A stretch of 64,000 bases of DNA from Lama guanicoe (lineage: Eukaryota). This document shows positions 51,956-64,000 of this stretch, piece by piece (positions within the stretch are counted from its first letter, which is position 1; every line of letters begins with the position of its first letter). Under the pieces are notes generated by a model. The model had not been told where the DNA came from and did no database searches. It saw nothing but the letters and a program-made list of their open reading frames with translations. The DNA is taken from contig MU054187.1 in the NCBI GenBank assembly GCA_013239625.1, forward strand, positions 10,747,231 to 10,811,230, given 5' to 3'. A program made the position numbers and the translations under genes.

Positions 51956-54714
51956 AAGGATAACAACTGGGCCAAATTCTTAGAATCCTTTCAGAGCCTA
52001 GCGATATATCTTTTTTGGAAAAGCAATGATCTGTAGTCCAAAAGCCTGGGTTAGAAGTTTTGCTCTGCCACCTATGAGGTGAATAACTTCACGTAGACAT
52101 TAAACCTACATGAGCCTTGGTCCTCTCGTCTCCATATCAGGAAAACATGGTTCTGTCTTCTGATAGGTGGGAAGGTTTAAAATGATACATTTCGAGTAAA
52201 AACTTCTAAATGTCATTGTCATGAGAGTAGGCAAACAAATATTTTGATTTGATAAATGACTTCTATGTATGTAGACATACTACTAAAAGCGTAAAGTATA
52301 TATGTGAGTTCAAGGTATTTCTGTCTTTCTCTGGTTCTTAATTATCTCTCAGTTTTAAAAATTAGGTGCCGTAAGAAGCATATTAATGCTGTGGCTTCAC
52401 TGAAATTTTCTTCTGGTTTTATGGATTATTAAAAATTCTTAAGTGGAAAATAGAACAGTAGCAAATTCTAGTAGATTATATTTTAGGATCAGCATGTTTT
52501 TTAAGATAACATAGTGTTACTAGTTTCATGATTTCTTTCAAAGTTAAGATATATTGCGTATGTTTGTATATTGCATTATGCTGTAATTATATGTATTTAT
52601 ATATTACATTTTATTGTATTATAATTTTACATATATAGAGAGAAGGGAGGTTTAATTTTTAACTCACTAGAGCCTTTTTTACTAGACTTTTGTGTAGTGA
52701 ACCTATCTCAGAAGTTAAGTTGCTTTGTTGTAGGGTCTTATAATTTTGCCAAAATAATGATACCTATTAGTAGCTCTTTGGGATTCAGGAAAACCCTTCT
52801 TTTGGCTAGATTTACTTTTGGAGCATATAATGGTAAAGTGAGTTTTCAGCCAATAACCGTATTATTTTCCTGAAAAGAACCTTATCCTATTAATACGTCA
52901 AAGGCTTATATTTTTACGTATATAAATCTTACCCCTTTGGTCAGAGCCTGTGGCTCTTCATAGGCTCCCAATTTACCTATAAACATGAGTTTAAAAAATG
53001 ATTGAAGAGAATGCGCAATTATTATACATCTTTGTATATACATACAGTATTTGTCAATTTTTGTCCTTTAAAATATAACAGCTACCTTTTAAACGCTTGT
53101 CTTATCATTGTTAATTTGTAAGGAAGCATTTGACCTGTTCCTAAAACTTTTTAATAAAGACGTTTGATGCACTTCCACAGATCTGTAGCAAAGCGTCAAG
53201 GTTCACACTGTGATCTGTCCCCAGAAAACCTGCAAATGGTTTTAAGTAGGGTCTCTCAACTGAGTCTTATGAGTAGGAGCTAGTGGGGGGCTATGACAAG
53301 GCCTCATTTAATTCATGCAGGAACGTCTGGAGAAGGAAAATGGCCAGGGGCAGTGGTTGATTGGGAGAGAAGAGATGCGGACATGGGCCATTACTCTGGG
53401 ACAGAGGCAGAAGTGAGTGAGCAACTTGGCCAGAGTAAGGTATAATGTTCAGCGTCGATGTATATGATGGAGAGTTCCTTTTGGCTTGGCCTTGACTGAG
53501 GGGCTCTGTTCCTGTGGCGGTAGCCATGGTGCTTATGTGGGGATAACGGGAGCAGTTGGTCACACAGGCAGGAATTGCTCGTTTCTTCATGTAAGTGTTT
53601 TTGAGTCTCTTTTGGAAGAAAATGCTACTTTCTTGGATGACTTAGGGTTTCTGTGATTTTTACTAAGGTTTAATATCAACTTCTTGTCTTAGGCTCAGCA
53701 TGTGTCTAAATACTAAGTTGTCAGTTTGCTGACATGGTCACTATAAATTAGTAGAGATGCAACTTTACCCTTTACTGATGTTTATTTAGTGATCTCACTG
53801 CCCAGAGCTGAACTATGTATTTGCAAACTTAGTTCTTCCATCTTCCTGAAGTAGGATGTCATTCAGTCTTAAGAATTCAACCTCTTCTAAAAGTTTAAGC
53901 TTGGTAACCTTCTCTAACCTAATGGTAACTTTATTAACCATTGTTTTACTTCCTAGGAAGGCATGAGAAGTGGACTTTTTCCTCCAGTTATGGTCAAAAG
54001 GAACATTCAGTGTCTTGTTGTGGACTTTTCTCTCCTATGCCAAAGGAAAGGTTGAAAAGTTTTAGTGATCTGCTAATTTTCATACAGTCTCTGATAGAAT
54101 TCTCTCTGGCAGCACTGGTCTTTGCTTTTTCTTAGCTGTACTTTCTAAAAGATGTGACATACTTTAGAAGTATTTATTTAGTTGAGATTGACAGCAGAAA
54201 ATCATTAGTATCCCTCAGAATGATAGAAATGATAGAATTAGCTCCACAGCTGTCAGCTTACCCAGACTTACATATTCTCATTCTCTCTCTCTCTCTCCCT
54301 CTCCCTCCCCAGGGCTCAAATCACAACAGGAAAGGCTAGAGATTCTCTCAGGTTTGCAAACAGGATTTTTGTTTCAGTAACAACTGTACCGTGCTCTTTT
54401 TCTGGCTTTTGGTAAATGTAGTGCTTTATATTGAAGTCAGTCACAAACTGTGACACTCTTCATGCTGTGATTTTTTTCATAAAGATAAACGTGTTTAGAA
54501 TGACTTGCAGTGGCTTGGAATACTGCCAATTACTTTTTTGACCTTAGGAAAGTTTCCTAATCTCTCTGTGTCTCAGTTACCTTTACTATAAAATCACAGT
54601 AATAATGGTACCTATTTCTTAAGTTTTTTTGGTAAAAATCAAATGAGGTAGTGTGTCTAAAGTGCTTAATGTGGTGCCTGGTATGAAGTAATTGCTAATT
54701 AAAGTTTAGATATT

Positions 54715-55295
54715 ATATTCAATTTCTATTACTGTGTAACAGATTACCACAAATTTAGCAGATTTAAGAAATACAAATTTTTTACCTTATGAATGCTGTT
54801 CCTCAGGGGTGTGGGTGCAGATTAGCTGGGTCCTCCGCTCAGGGTCTGGGCAGGCTGAAATTAAGATGCTAGTTGGGGCTTTGGGATATTCTACCAAGCT
54901 CCTTCACATCATTGGTCAAATTCGGTGCTTTTTCTTGCAGCACTAAGATCTTCGTTTTCTCACTGGCCGTTGGCCGGTGGTGGTTCTCAGAAACTGGAGG
55001 CCATTCTTAGGTCCTTGACTTGCGGCCTCCTCCTTTCACAGCAGCGGTCTGCGGTTTCTTCTTTGAGGCCACCGGGGAGCATTTCCCTGAAGCTTTGCCT
55101 TCTTTTAAAAGGCTTGCTTGATTAGGTCAGAGCCACCAGGATAACCTCCCTTCTGATTTTCTCAGTCAGCTGGTTAGTAACCAAATCAGGAGAGTGCTGT
55201 CCCTTCATATTCAGTGGTCCCACTGTGGAGACTCAAAGGGAGAGGACTGCACGGGTGTATATCTTGGGGGCCATCCTAGAATTCTGTGTGCCACA
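54715..55295 (-). mobile_element. MLT1 (MLT1E/F-like) LTR
   Basis: ctattactgtgtaacagattaccacaaatttagc...atcttgggggccatcctagaattctgtgtgccaca. Confidence 0.85.
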
Positions 55296-55344
55296 GATAT
55301 TATTCATGTTATTACTGTTTATCCCTAATAACCTATAACATGCT

Positions 55345-55672
55345 TCAGCTGAGCACTGCCCAACAGAAATGCAGTGTGAGCCAAATGTGTGATTTTATAT
55401 TTTCAAGTAGGCGCATTACAAAAAGCAAAAAGAAGCCTATAAAATTAATTTTAAGGTGTTTTATTTAACCCAGTATATCCGAATTATTATCAGTTTAACT
55501 TATATTCCACATAAAAATTACTATTGGGATATTTTGTTTTCTTTTTTACCTACTGAGTCTTTAAAAATCTGGTGTGAAGTTTAATCTACAGCATATCTCA
55601 ACATGAACTAGCCACATTTCAGGTGTCCATTAGCCCTGTGGTGAGTGGCTCCTGCATCGAACACCACAGCTT
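55345..55672. mobile_element. MER33-like hAT-Charlie element
   Basis: ttttatttaacccagtatatcc...aaatctggtgtg...actagccacatttca. Confidence 0.8.
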
Positions 55673-55779
55673 TAACTGATGTTAAAAACAAGCACACACA
55701 GAAGTTCTTCTCCTGGGTTTGCGTTACGTTAGACAGCATCAGGATTCCTTCTTCCTTTTTCATCCAAATTTCCAAGAAG

Positions 55780-58700
55780 AAGAGTTAAACACATGCAGCC
55801 TCCACTTGCTCGTCTTCCTTTCACTCCTCGGTGTGGTTATATTATTGCACCTGTCATTCTCCTCACACCTTTCTCACTGTGGTCACCATTGAATCCAGAT
55901 TGCCAGATCGAACGAACACTTTTCCTTATCTTGTAAAATTGCTGTGGTAGTTTTAACACTGTTAAATTACTCTTTCTTTCTTCAGACTCTGATGGTCTGG
56001 TTTCTGGGACCTGGCCCTCATTTGGTCATGTTTGGCTGCCCCACGCTTCATTCCTTGTAGATTTCATTCTGGCACTCCCCTTTCTTTCCTGCGGCTACAA
56101 ATGCTGTTCCCATGGTTCGTTCTCTGCCTCTATTCTTTCAAATGCTCTCAGTGTCCAGCCTTAGCCTCCCTCACAGATTTAATTATCACCCCCACACAGC
56201 TATCTCAAATGAGTATATTTCCTGTCCAGACTGTGTGTACTTTTGTACAAGATGCCTAAAGCATATCTCCACTTGGGTATTCCACTGCTGTGCTAAACTC
56301 AAGGATCTGAGCAGATGAGACCTCCCTCCTTGACCTGACCTTTCTTCTGCATGCTTTGCCTCAGCTGTGACCGCAGTGCTTACTGCTTCAGCCAAAAGGA
56401 AGCTCTTCTAGGCTCCTCAGTCATCCTATCTGTTCATAATTAATTAGAACTCATATTTATTTTCCCTCTGTCTTGGGTCTGATTCTCTTCTCCACCCCTG
56501 GTAGCACCGTCTAATTCACACTCTCAACATCAATGATCCTTGATTTGTCCATTTAACGTGTTCCGTTGTATTCCTGCCCCGTGACAGAAGAAAAGAGATG
56601 TGGTCTCTGCCCTTATTGAGCATGTGGCTGTAGGGAACCCCATAACCTTTGTTAGGGGAGTCTAATGGCCAGAATCTGCATGGCTTAACACAATGCCCGT
56701 ATTCAGTCCCTCAGGGAATAGCTCGCTGTAGTGTGCTGGGGATGCGGAGTGTTCCGCCCTGTTACTCTGCCATATTTAGCACTTGCCTTCCAAGGGTCTT
56801 GCAAACAGGAAGAGACAGTAGAGGGGTTGATTTCTAATGCCTGGAGGTGGAAGTGCCCACATTACATCACCCACATTCTGCCACTGACTGCAAGGGAGGC
56901 TGGGAAATGTAGTCTAGCTTGTGAGCCCAGAAGAAATGCGGGAATGGTTTGAGGAATGAATGACCAGTCCTGCCCACACTCCTAACTTGTTTCTCTGTTC
57001 CTCCAGCAGTCCTCACTGCAGCCAGTGGGGCAGATCTAAAGTGAAGGCCTGATTCCACTTGTTGCAGATACTCAAGGGCTCCTTAAAGCCCTATAGAACA
57101 TGCTCCACGATCTGACCCTTCGTCAGGTGTCCAGTGTCCTCTCTCGTGACTCATCATCAGGCCATTTATGCACCAACAATGTGGGAGTTTTTCACACTCA
57201 CTGATGTTCCTCTGTTTCATGTATTTGCTTATGTTGTGTCTGTGCCCTGAACTCTCACCCCCACTTGCTTCCACGGCTTCCATTTCCACCAAGCTCATCT
57301 CTGCTCCTCTTTAGCCTTGGCTCAAATACCACTTAATGAGGTGCTGCCGCTCCCTGTCTCTGGACTGGATTTGGTCCCCCTGCTCCCACCTCTCCAAGTT
57401 GGTGCTTCCATGCTTTTCTCTGTGCACACTTATATGCTGGGGTCTGCTTTCACAGACCTCTGGACTTTGAGCTTCAGAGAGGCGGCGGCACCCTGCGCCT
57501 GGACTTCGCAGCGTGTAGCACAGTGATCAGCGTATGATTCAGTTATGCTTTGCTGAGTGAGTGCCACGTGTGTTTCCGTTTCTTCCTGATCCATCTTCTC
57601 TGAGACCCCGCCCTTACTCTTTCTTCACTGCAGATCTGCCTTCTGCTACTCTAAGTGTGGGCCTTTGATACCAGATTACATGGGTTTTGGTATACGTAGA
57701 TTTGATTCATTTGCTGAGATCTTTGTCTTTAACTGTGACTTATCTAAAGAAGGAGTTATGCCTAAAAATAAACAGATAGGTAAGCGAGTAGGTAAATAAA
57801 TGAACTAAAAAACTAATGAGCAGAAGTTCCCTGTTACGTGAGACTGGCCAACAGAACCCTCTCCTTAGCGAGGTTCCATTCCCAGGGAGCAGGGCTTCCA
57901 GTTTCCTGAGCCTACAGCTTTTGCTGCTTTTGGCAGTTTCTCTGAAGGGAGGCAATGATAGGATGAGTATCTTTAGTCCATTTAGATACTGGTCTATAGA
58001 TTGCAGTTCATGTGAAATGCTGGCTGGAGCTTTTCCAAGGAAAAGAGCCCAGCTGTCTGGAGAACAAAGAACAGATATTTATGTTCGGTGACTGATAATA
58101 GCCATCTGGACTCAGCCAAGAAAAAAATAGCAAGTGGCTTTTTTAGTTCATCAATCATGAACATCCCCCAAAAGTCTTTTCTGACAAATAGCCTGAGGAC
58201 TTAAGAGAATAACAGCCTATAAATTAAAATGGGAGCAGATAATGTTGCAATTGTTTGTTCATTTCCACGTTCATTTATCTAGTCTTCAACATTTGTGTGG
58301 GAATACAAGGTGAATAGCACCTGCGCTCAGACCGCAGGTTTACCTTTGAGTAGGAGAGGGAGGTGTGAAGAGCAGAAATTCAAACTCCTGTAAAAGGTGC
58401 TGTAGTAGACCTGTGGGAGCATAGAAGAGCCTCCAACCAGGAGATTTAGGGCCAGCCTGGTGGAGAATATATCTGAATGGAGTCTTTAAGGATAAAAAGG
58501 TAAAGCTAAGGTTAAAGAAGTGTGAAGATGTGTCATGAGGAAGGATGTTCCTGCCAGAGAGGAAAAAGCATGTGTGTAAGAAGAAGGAAGAAAATTCAGA
58601 GAGAAGTTTCAAGGAAAGAGGAAAATTGTGTACTGTCAGCTCATTAAAGATGAAGCACGTGACAAAGGCAGTGATGATGGAAGTCTAGGTGGCAGAGGGG

Positions 58701-59350
58701 TCAGAGCATGTGGACTTCTGTGCCACAGAAATCTTGTCAGCAGGTCAGGGATCACTCTGGTGCGGAGTGGAAGGTGGGATTGGTATGGGCCATGCCTCAG
58801 AGCAAAGAAGAGATGAAGAGAGCCTGAAACAGAGCCGTACCGTGGGGTAGGAAAGAGGGGATGGTTTTAGAGATGCAGAGGATTATATGATTAAGACTCA
58901 CTGATTTGAAGGAAGGGGGAGAATAAAGAAAGAAAGATGTGTTCAGGTTTTTTATTTTTGGCTTTCTTTATAATCTTATACTTTGATAAGTATCCAAGAG
59001 GGTTTGAGGGTGGAGGAGGGATGTTATTTCCAATTCTGTTTTCAGGTACCCCGGGGACATCCAGATGGTGTGGGTGGCAGTCAGGTGTGTGTGTAAACTG
59101 CCTCTTTGGAGAAGTTGGATTAGGGAGATAGATACAGGAATCTTTAGTATATAGGGGAAAAGAGCCCCCCCCCCGCAGACACCATCACCATTTGAGATAC
59201 AGATAGAAAGTGATCTAGCTGAGGACACTGAGAAGGAATTCTCTGAGTAGTAGGATGAAAACCAAGGTAGAATGCTTTCAAAAAAATCAAGGAGGGGAAA
59301 TATTTCAGAAAATCTAGGTGTCTGAAGTGGCAGGTAAGTTGGTATAAAGA
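55780..59350. mobile_element. Cluster of L2 fragments, interrupted by MLT1 and unique sequence
   Basis: Typical L2 motifs at 55.8-56.5, 57.0-57.5 and 58.25-59.35 kb. Confidence 0.6.
56650..56980 (-). mobile_element. MLT1 LTR fragment
   Basis: cccacattctg...actgcaagggaggctgggaaatgtagtctagcttgtg. Confidence 0.7.
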
Positions 59351-60042
59351 TTATGGGAAAGATACTCACTGTGTTTGTAGCATCTTCAAGCTATGTTTCC
59401 ACTGTTCACTGCAGTGGGCTGAAATTAAGTGTCTTTTATTAGAGAAATGGATAAATCATGGTACATTCACACAATGGTGTACTTTACAGTCATTAAAAAA
59501 TGATACTGTAGAAAGTATTTACTCATATAGAAATATAGTTAAGATATGCTGTGCATAAAATGCAGATGACAAAACAGTGAGTCTGCCTTCAGTTCTGTTT
59601 CACACGTGGACATGGAAGCACACAGCATTTACATGTGTGCCTGTGTATGCTCACGACATTATTTGTAATAATTCACAAGAAGCTGTTATCATTGTCTGTG
59701 TGTGTGTGTGTGGAGACCTGTTTTCCTTTTTCTCTTTATTATATTTTTTTTCCTGTGACAAACACGTATTGGTTTGACAGAATGAAGTAAAATAGGTGTC
59801 CTTTTGTAATAGAAGAGACTCCGTTTGGTTTCGCAATCAGGAGGTACATACTTACTTTTTAAAGAATAGTTTTAAGAGAACAGTGGGAGCAGCAGCTCGT
59901 AAGCAGTGAGCGAGAGGTACTGGGCAGTGAGAGAGGCGAGGAGGAGAGATTCTTTTTAAAAAGTTTTAGAGAAAGGGGAAGGCGTGAGAAAATAGTAGTG
60001 AGTGAGGGAAGGTAAAGGTGTTTGGGTTTGGTTTCCTTTAGT

Positions 60043-60082
60043 TGTGCGTGTGTGTGTGTGAGAGAGAGAGAACGTGTGTGTG
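60043..60082. repeat. Compound (TG)n(AG)n microsatellite
   Basis: Read directly. Other short tracts are at about 10287 (TG), 21267 (CT), 54282 (CT) and 59697 (TG). Confidence 0.85.
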
Positions 60083-61606
60083 CCTGGGTGTGTATGTGAT
60101 GTTTTTAGGGTCACCAGAGGAAACCAGAAGAAAGAACTTGCCCCCAGATCCCCAGAGTCGTGGCTAGCCTCTGTGTTAGTGTAGTGACACATAAAAATTC
60201 TTAGTTACCAACGGCTTATACCGAAAAAGAATTTCGTAGGATATTGTTATGAAAAATGCAGCTTGAACACACCTGTGTTTCTCTCCTTATCTACAAGGGG
60301 AAGGACGGCGCCGTTTATTGAGATGAAGTAGGGCGTGTTTTTTCTGCTTTGGGAGTGATTAATTTCTCAGTTAGTGGACCAGGAGATGATACAGCAGCTG
60401 GTGAAGTATCCTCTGCAGACAATCTGTGCCTGAGCAGTGAGGGGATCTTTGCTCGGGTTTGTTTTCTTGAGACTATTTTCAGGTTTTCTTTTCCAACCCA
60501 GCTCATTCTTTCTTGTGCTTCATAGTCTGCTGAACATTGCCTTCAGTCTGTTCTTACGGTCCCTGTGTTTCCTTGGACTTCGGACTTTGCAACTTGCCTT
60601 GTCTCTTGGCCCCTCACTCCCTGGGTCGACACCAGCTTCCCTTTGTCCCAGACCTGAGAGTCGGTGGCACGTGCTCCCGTGCCTGGCCACAGCGCCTGCG
60701 AGCAGCCATAGGCACACCGTCGTTCAAAGACAGGAGGAAGTGAGGCCACGTCTTTAGCCTGACGCGTTGCAGTTGAAATGCCGGCGTGTGTTCAGCAGCT
60801 AGCTCAGGAGCAGTGACTGTGCTGGTGATAAAGATTTGCTGATCGTGACCACATAGAGGAATAAAAATGTCAGGGGTAGGATTACCAAGCAAAGTGTACC
60901 CTTGGCATTTCAGGGAAGGACTCCCTACCCCCAAAGAAGACGATTCCATCACAGAGAAATAAATTAAGAACGAAAACTTTTCACGTTGCTAACTTAGAAC
61001 AATTTTGGGAGAATGGTAAAGATAGAAATGAGACTGATGTGCAATGAGGAATGTGTGGATGGGATAAGGGGAACTTCTGGGGAGAAATCATTTATCCATT
61101 GGCTGAAGAAGCTGTTGATGTAAGGGAATGTAAATTCCTTAAGGTCTCCAGTCTGTGTCCTCATCAGCAGAATAAAGGAATTAAAATAAATAATCTCCAG
61201 CCACCTCTCTGCCTTAATATTTTATCACTTTAGGAATCTGAATCAATTCTTAAAGAGGGACAGAATTGTAACAGGCTAATGAGTTGCACTTGGTTGTCAT
61301 CATCACAAAAAGACAACACCTCTTCAGTCGTCTTTGCAAGTTTGCTCTGCATTTGACAGTCTGCAGGCAGTATGGCACTTACTTTGTTTTTGTTGCATCG
61401 TGTGTATTTTTTCAGCAGTTGGTGCTGCTCTGGTTGATTTAAATTCCTAATTTGTTTTCATCAGTGGAAGAAATACACCGCATTAATTCGAAGCACTCTT
61501 AAAAAGAAAAAAAATACAATGGAAAATGCGCTAGTTTTACAAACAGAAATTTTATTTTTGAGTTACTAAGGATTGTTTCTAAAACTTTCTCTCTCTTGAA
61601 TCCCAG

Positions 61607-61635
61607 GTATTGCAATTTCAGATGAACTCGATAAG
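61607..61635 (+). CDS. C8orf34: C8orf34 short coding exon (exon 5 equivalent), 29 nt, (S)IAISDELDK
   Basis: Polypyrimidine tract plus tcccag| acceptor and AAG|gtaagt donor. Phase 1 to 0, continuing the frame. Confidence 0.92.
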
Positions 61636-62382
61636 GTAAGTTGAATTACCCATCTAATGAGAAGAAAATGTAGAACTTACATTTTAATTCACTGTCTAAA
61701 TGACAGCGTTTCTGAAACATAAGGTGTTCACATATAATCTGTTTGATGCTAATATGAAACTTTCAAAGTAAACGATTCTTTTATGAAAGTTATTGCATGA
61801 AATGTGTAATACCTCCTATTCTTTTGTGCTGAGAATTTCGGAGTGTGGTTATAGAACTGAATCACTGTAATCACTTAATCAGTCTGTTAAAAATGAACTA
61901 ATAATATATAAACTAGTTGGATTCTGCCTGTGTCTATATGATGATGATGATGATATGGAAGACACTTGTACTTTTCTGTAGCTACCCTTCCGAAACCTGA
62001 CTCAGTAAATTTTTTCTTTTAATTACAAGATGCCAAGAGAACATGATGGTGCCCTGCACTGGGGTGATAGTTGTGAGCGTGGTGAGAGGTGATGTGATTA
62101 GGAGTAATTTTAACAGTAGTGTCGTTGGAGCTTGCTGTTGGATCAGCTGTAGAAGAAAATTAGTCAATGGTGATTCCTGTGTTTGGGGGATGAGCAACTA
62201 GGTGAATTGTGGTGCTACTTAACAAAATTGGAAAAACTGGGGAAATGGCAAATTTGGCAGGTTGGGATAGCATCAGGAGTCCTCGTTTAGATTGTTTATT
62301 TTGAGTTGTCTGTTAAATATATTTATATGAGCTGTTGCTCATGAGGGAGATTTGACTTAAAGTTATACATTGAAATAGAAAT

Positions 62383-62775
62383 TCTCATTTTTTTGGTCTT
62401 AAAACCTCTTTTATACTCCTAAAAATTATAGAGGACCCCAAAATCTTTAGATAGGTTATATTTATCAATATTTACCATATTAGAAGTTAAGACTGATAAA
62501 AAAATTTTATGTTTAGTCATTTTAAAACTGTCACTGATAAAACCATTACATTAACAAAAATAACATTTTTATGAAAAATACTTTGTCTTCCAAAACAAGA
62601 TGTTTGTGAGAAAGTGACATTATATTAATTTTTGAAACCCTCTTTCATGTCTGGCTTAATTGAAAATTTCTGGATTTCCGTATCTGTTCTGCGTTCAGTC
62701 TGTTATGATAATGTTGTTTCAGCTGAAAAAAAAAAATCTGACAGCAGATATGTAGTTGGAAAAGGGCGAAGCACC
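62383..62775. mobile_element. Charlie1-like hAT DNA transposon fragment
   Basis: tttttggtctt...aaaaattatagaggaccccaaa...tatttaccatattagaa...atgtctggcttaat...atgtagttggaaaaggg. Confidence 0.75.
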
Positions 62776-64000
62776 TAGAAATCGCCATCAGTATTTGGTG
62801 AGCATTGGTCCAGATCTCTCTCTAAGCAGAAAACACACTGAAATTTGGCTTGGAGGCTAGATATACAGGTAGGAAGGGAATGATGGGAAGTACAGTACGA
62901 AAAGCAGGATCGTATCAGATCATGACATTTAAAAATAATAGTAAAATAGAAGGTAGTAATTATAATATTTTTTCAAAAGCAGTGAAGTTAGTGTTCTTTT
63001 ATTTCAAATAGGAACATACCTTTTAAATTTTGTACCATAAAAATACATTTCTGACTCACTTATATACTTTATATACTCTCAAATATGAATTCTCTTTAAT
63101 GAACTGTCATACTTTAAAATTATTTAAATTTAAATTTCTGTGCAAAACTAGATCTTGACTGTACAGCACAGCAAGTAGAGTGGCAGGTGTGGCCTCCCGG
63201 CTCCGTCCTGCCTTTCCAGTCCTCCTCTGTCCATCAGTGTGTTTGCCCCAGCTGGTCTCTCTTACACCGTGACTTTCCTTATAAATTTCAGAAATTTAAT
63301 AATCCCTACTCTTTATCTATATTCTGTGTTCATTTTAAGTTCAGAGGCATTATTATCACTATTTCTGGGTTCATTTGCTCCTTCCAATATATTCTGCAAA
63401 GCCCTGGCTGCCTGAGCCATAAATTAGCTTGCATGACTGCTTGGCCCTTGTCCTTCCCCCCTTTTTTTCCCTAGGCTCTGACTTGCAGCCTGGTTGGTTT
63501 CTACAGCAGCATTATTCGGTGAGCTAAAGAACATGCTAATTGTTCTTTGAACTGAAAATGGATTGCACCCTCACTGGATAAAATTGTGAAAGCTCTGACA
63601 CTTAAATATCACCCTTAGGACACATCCTTCCCCTTCTCACCCCCTCTCTTATAAGCGCTAGCTCAGGGGAGTTTCCACTTAACTAAGTTGCGTAGCACTG
63701 CTGATTTTCATTACTTACCTAATGTTCCGGTTTTTGAAGACTTCATGGAATTTGCTGAAATTCATTGCATATTTATTATTTTTCATTGTTATTGAGGAAG
63801 AGGCCAACAATTGCCATAAATAAGCTTTTATTGAAAAAAGTTATGTCAGTGCAAAAAATTGTTCCCACTTTCACACCTGATACTCTTGAGTATCAGGTAA
63901 TACAGAGGAAACACAGGCTTCCAGAGCCAAAACCACCATTCTTTGCCTGTCTGGAAAGAACCCTTGGATGAGAGGGACAGCCTGCCCCATGGCGCCCTCT

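Noticed and set aside
63990..64000. Possible minus-strand CTCF half-motif (tggcgccctct)
   Set aside because: Truncated by the window end, so it cannot be evaluated.
1..64000. CRISPR arrays, operons or other prokaryotic systems, and the remaining 60-130 aa ORFs
   Set aside because: The sequence is mammalian. There is no repeat-spacer array, and the short ORFs are consistent with random or repeat-derived frames.

Overview
Mammalian nuclear DNA, mostly AT-rich and intronic. It is very probably camelid (Camelus/Vicugna), judged from two tRNA-derived Vic-1-type SINEs. The only confidently recognisable gene is C8orf34 (VEST1) on the + strand. Four consecutive coding exons (37538-37685, 40307-40438, 51292-51420, 61607-61635) have GT-AG boundaries and splice into one open frame, [13 protein letters not shown]...SRSIAISDELDK. 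The canonical first coding exon (MASHPQ...GPLFE in human, from memory) is not in the window, so 1-37.5 kb is presumably the long first intron. The rest is mostly interspersed repeats: L1, L2, MIR, CR1, MLT1/MLT2/MER21 LTRs and hAT-Charlie elements. The most notable observations are: (1) a 190-bp-period tandem duplication of the 3' half of the first visible coding exon plus its splice donor; (2) an intragenic CpG island with NRF1-like motifs and an ATG-free candidate first exon, predicting an isoform that lacks part of the N-terminal D/D domain; (3) a consensus recursive-splice-site motif at 3574-3581; (4) an apparently L1-retroposed, polyadenylated MER21 fragment; (5) several cryptic exon and enhancer/CTCF candidates. 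There are no prokaryotic features or CRISPR arrays, and I cannot support a wholly new biological system. Repeat family names are from recall of consensus sequences, and boundaries of old repeats are approximate.
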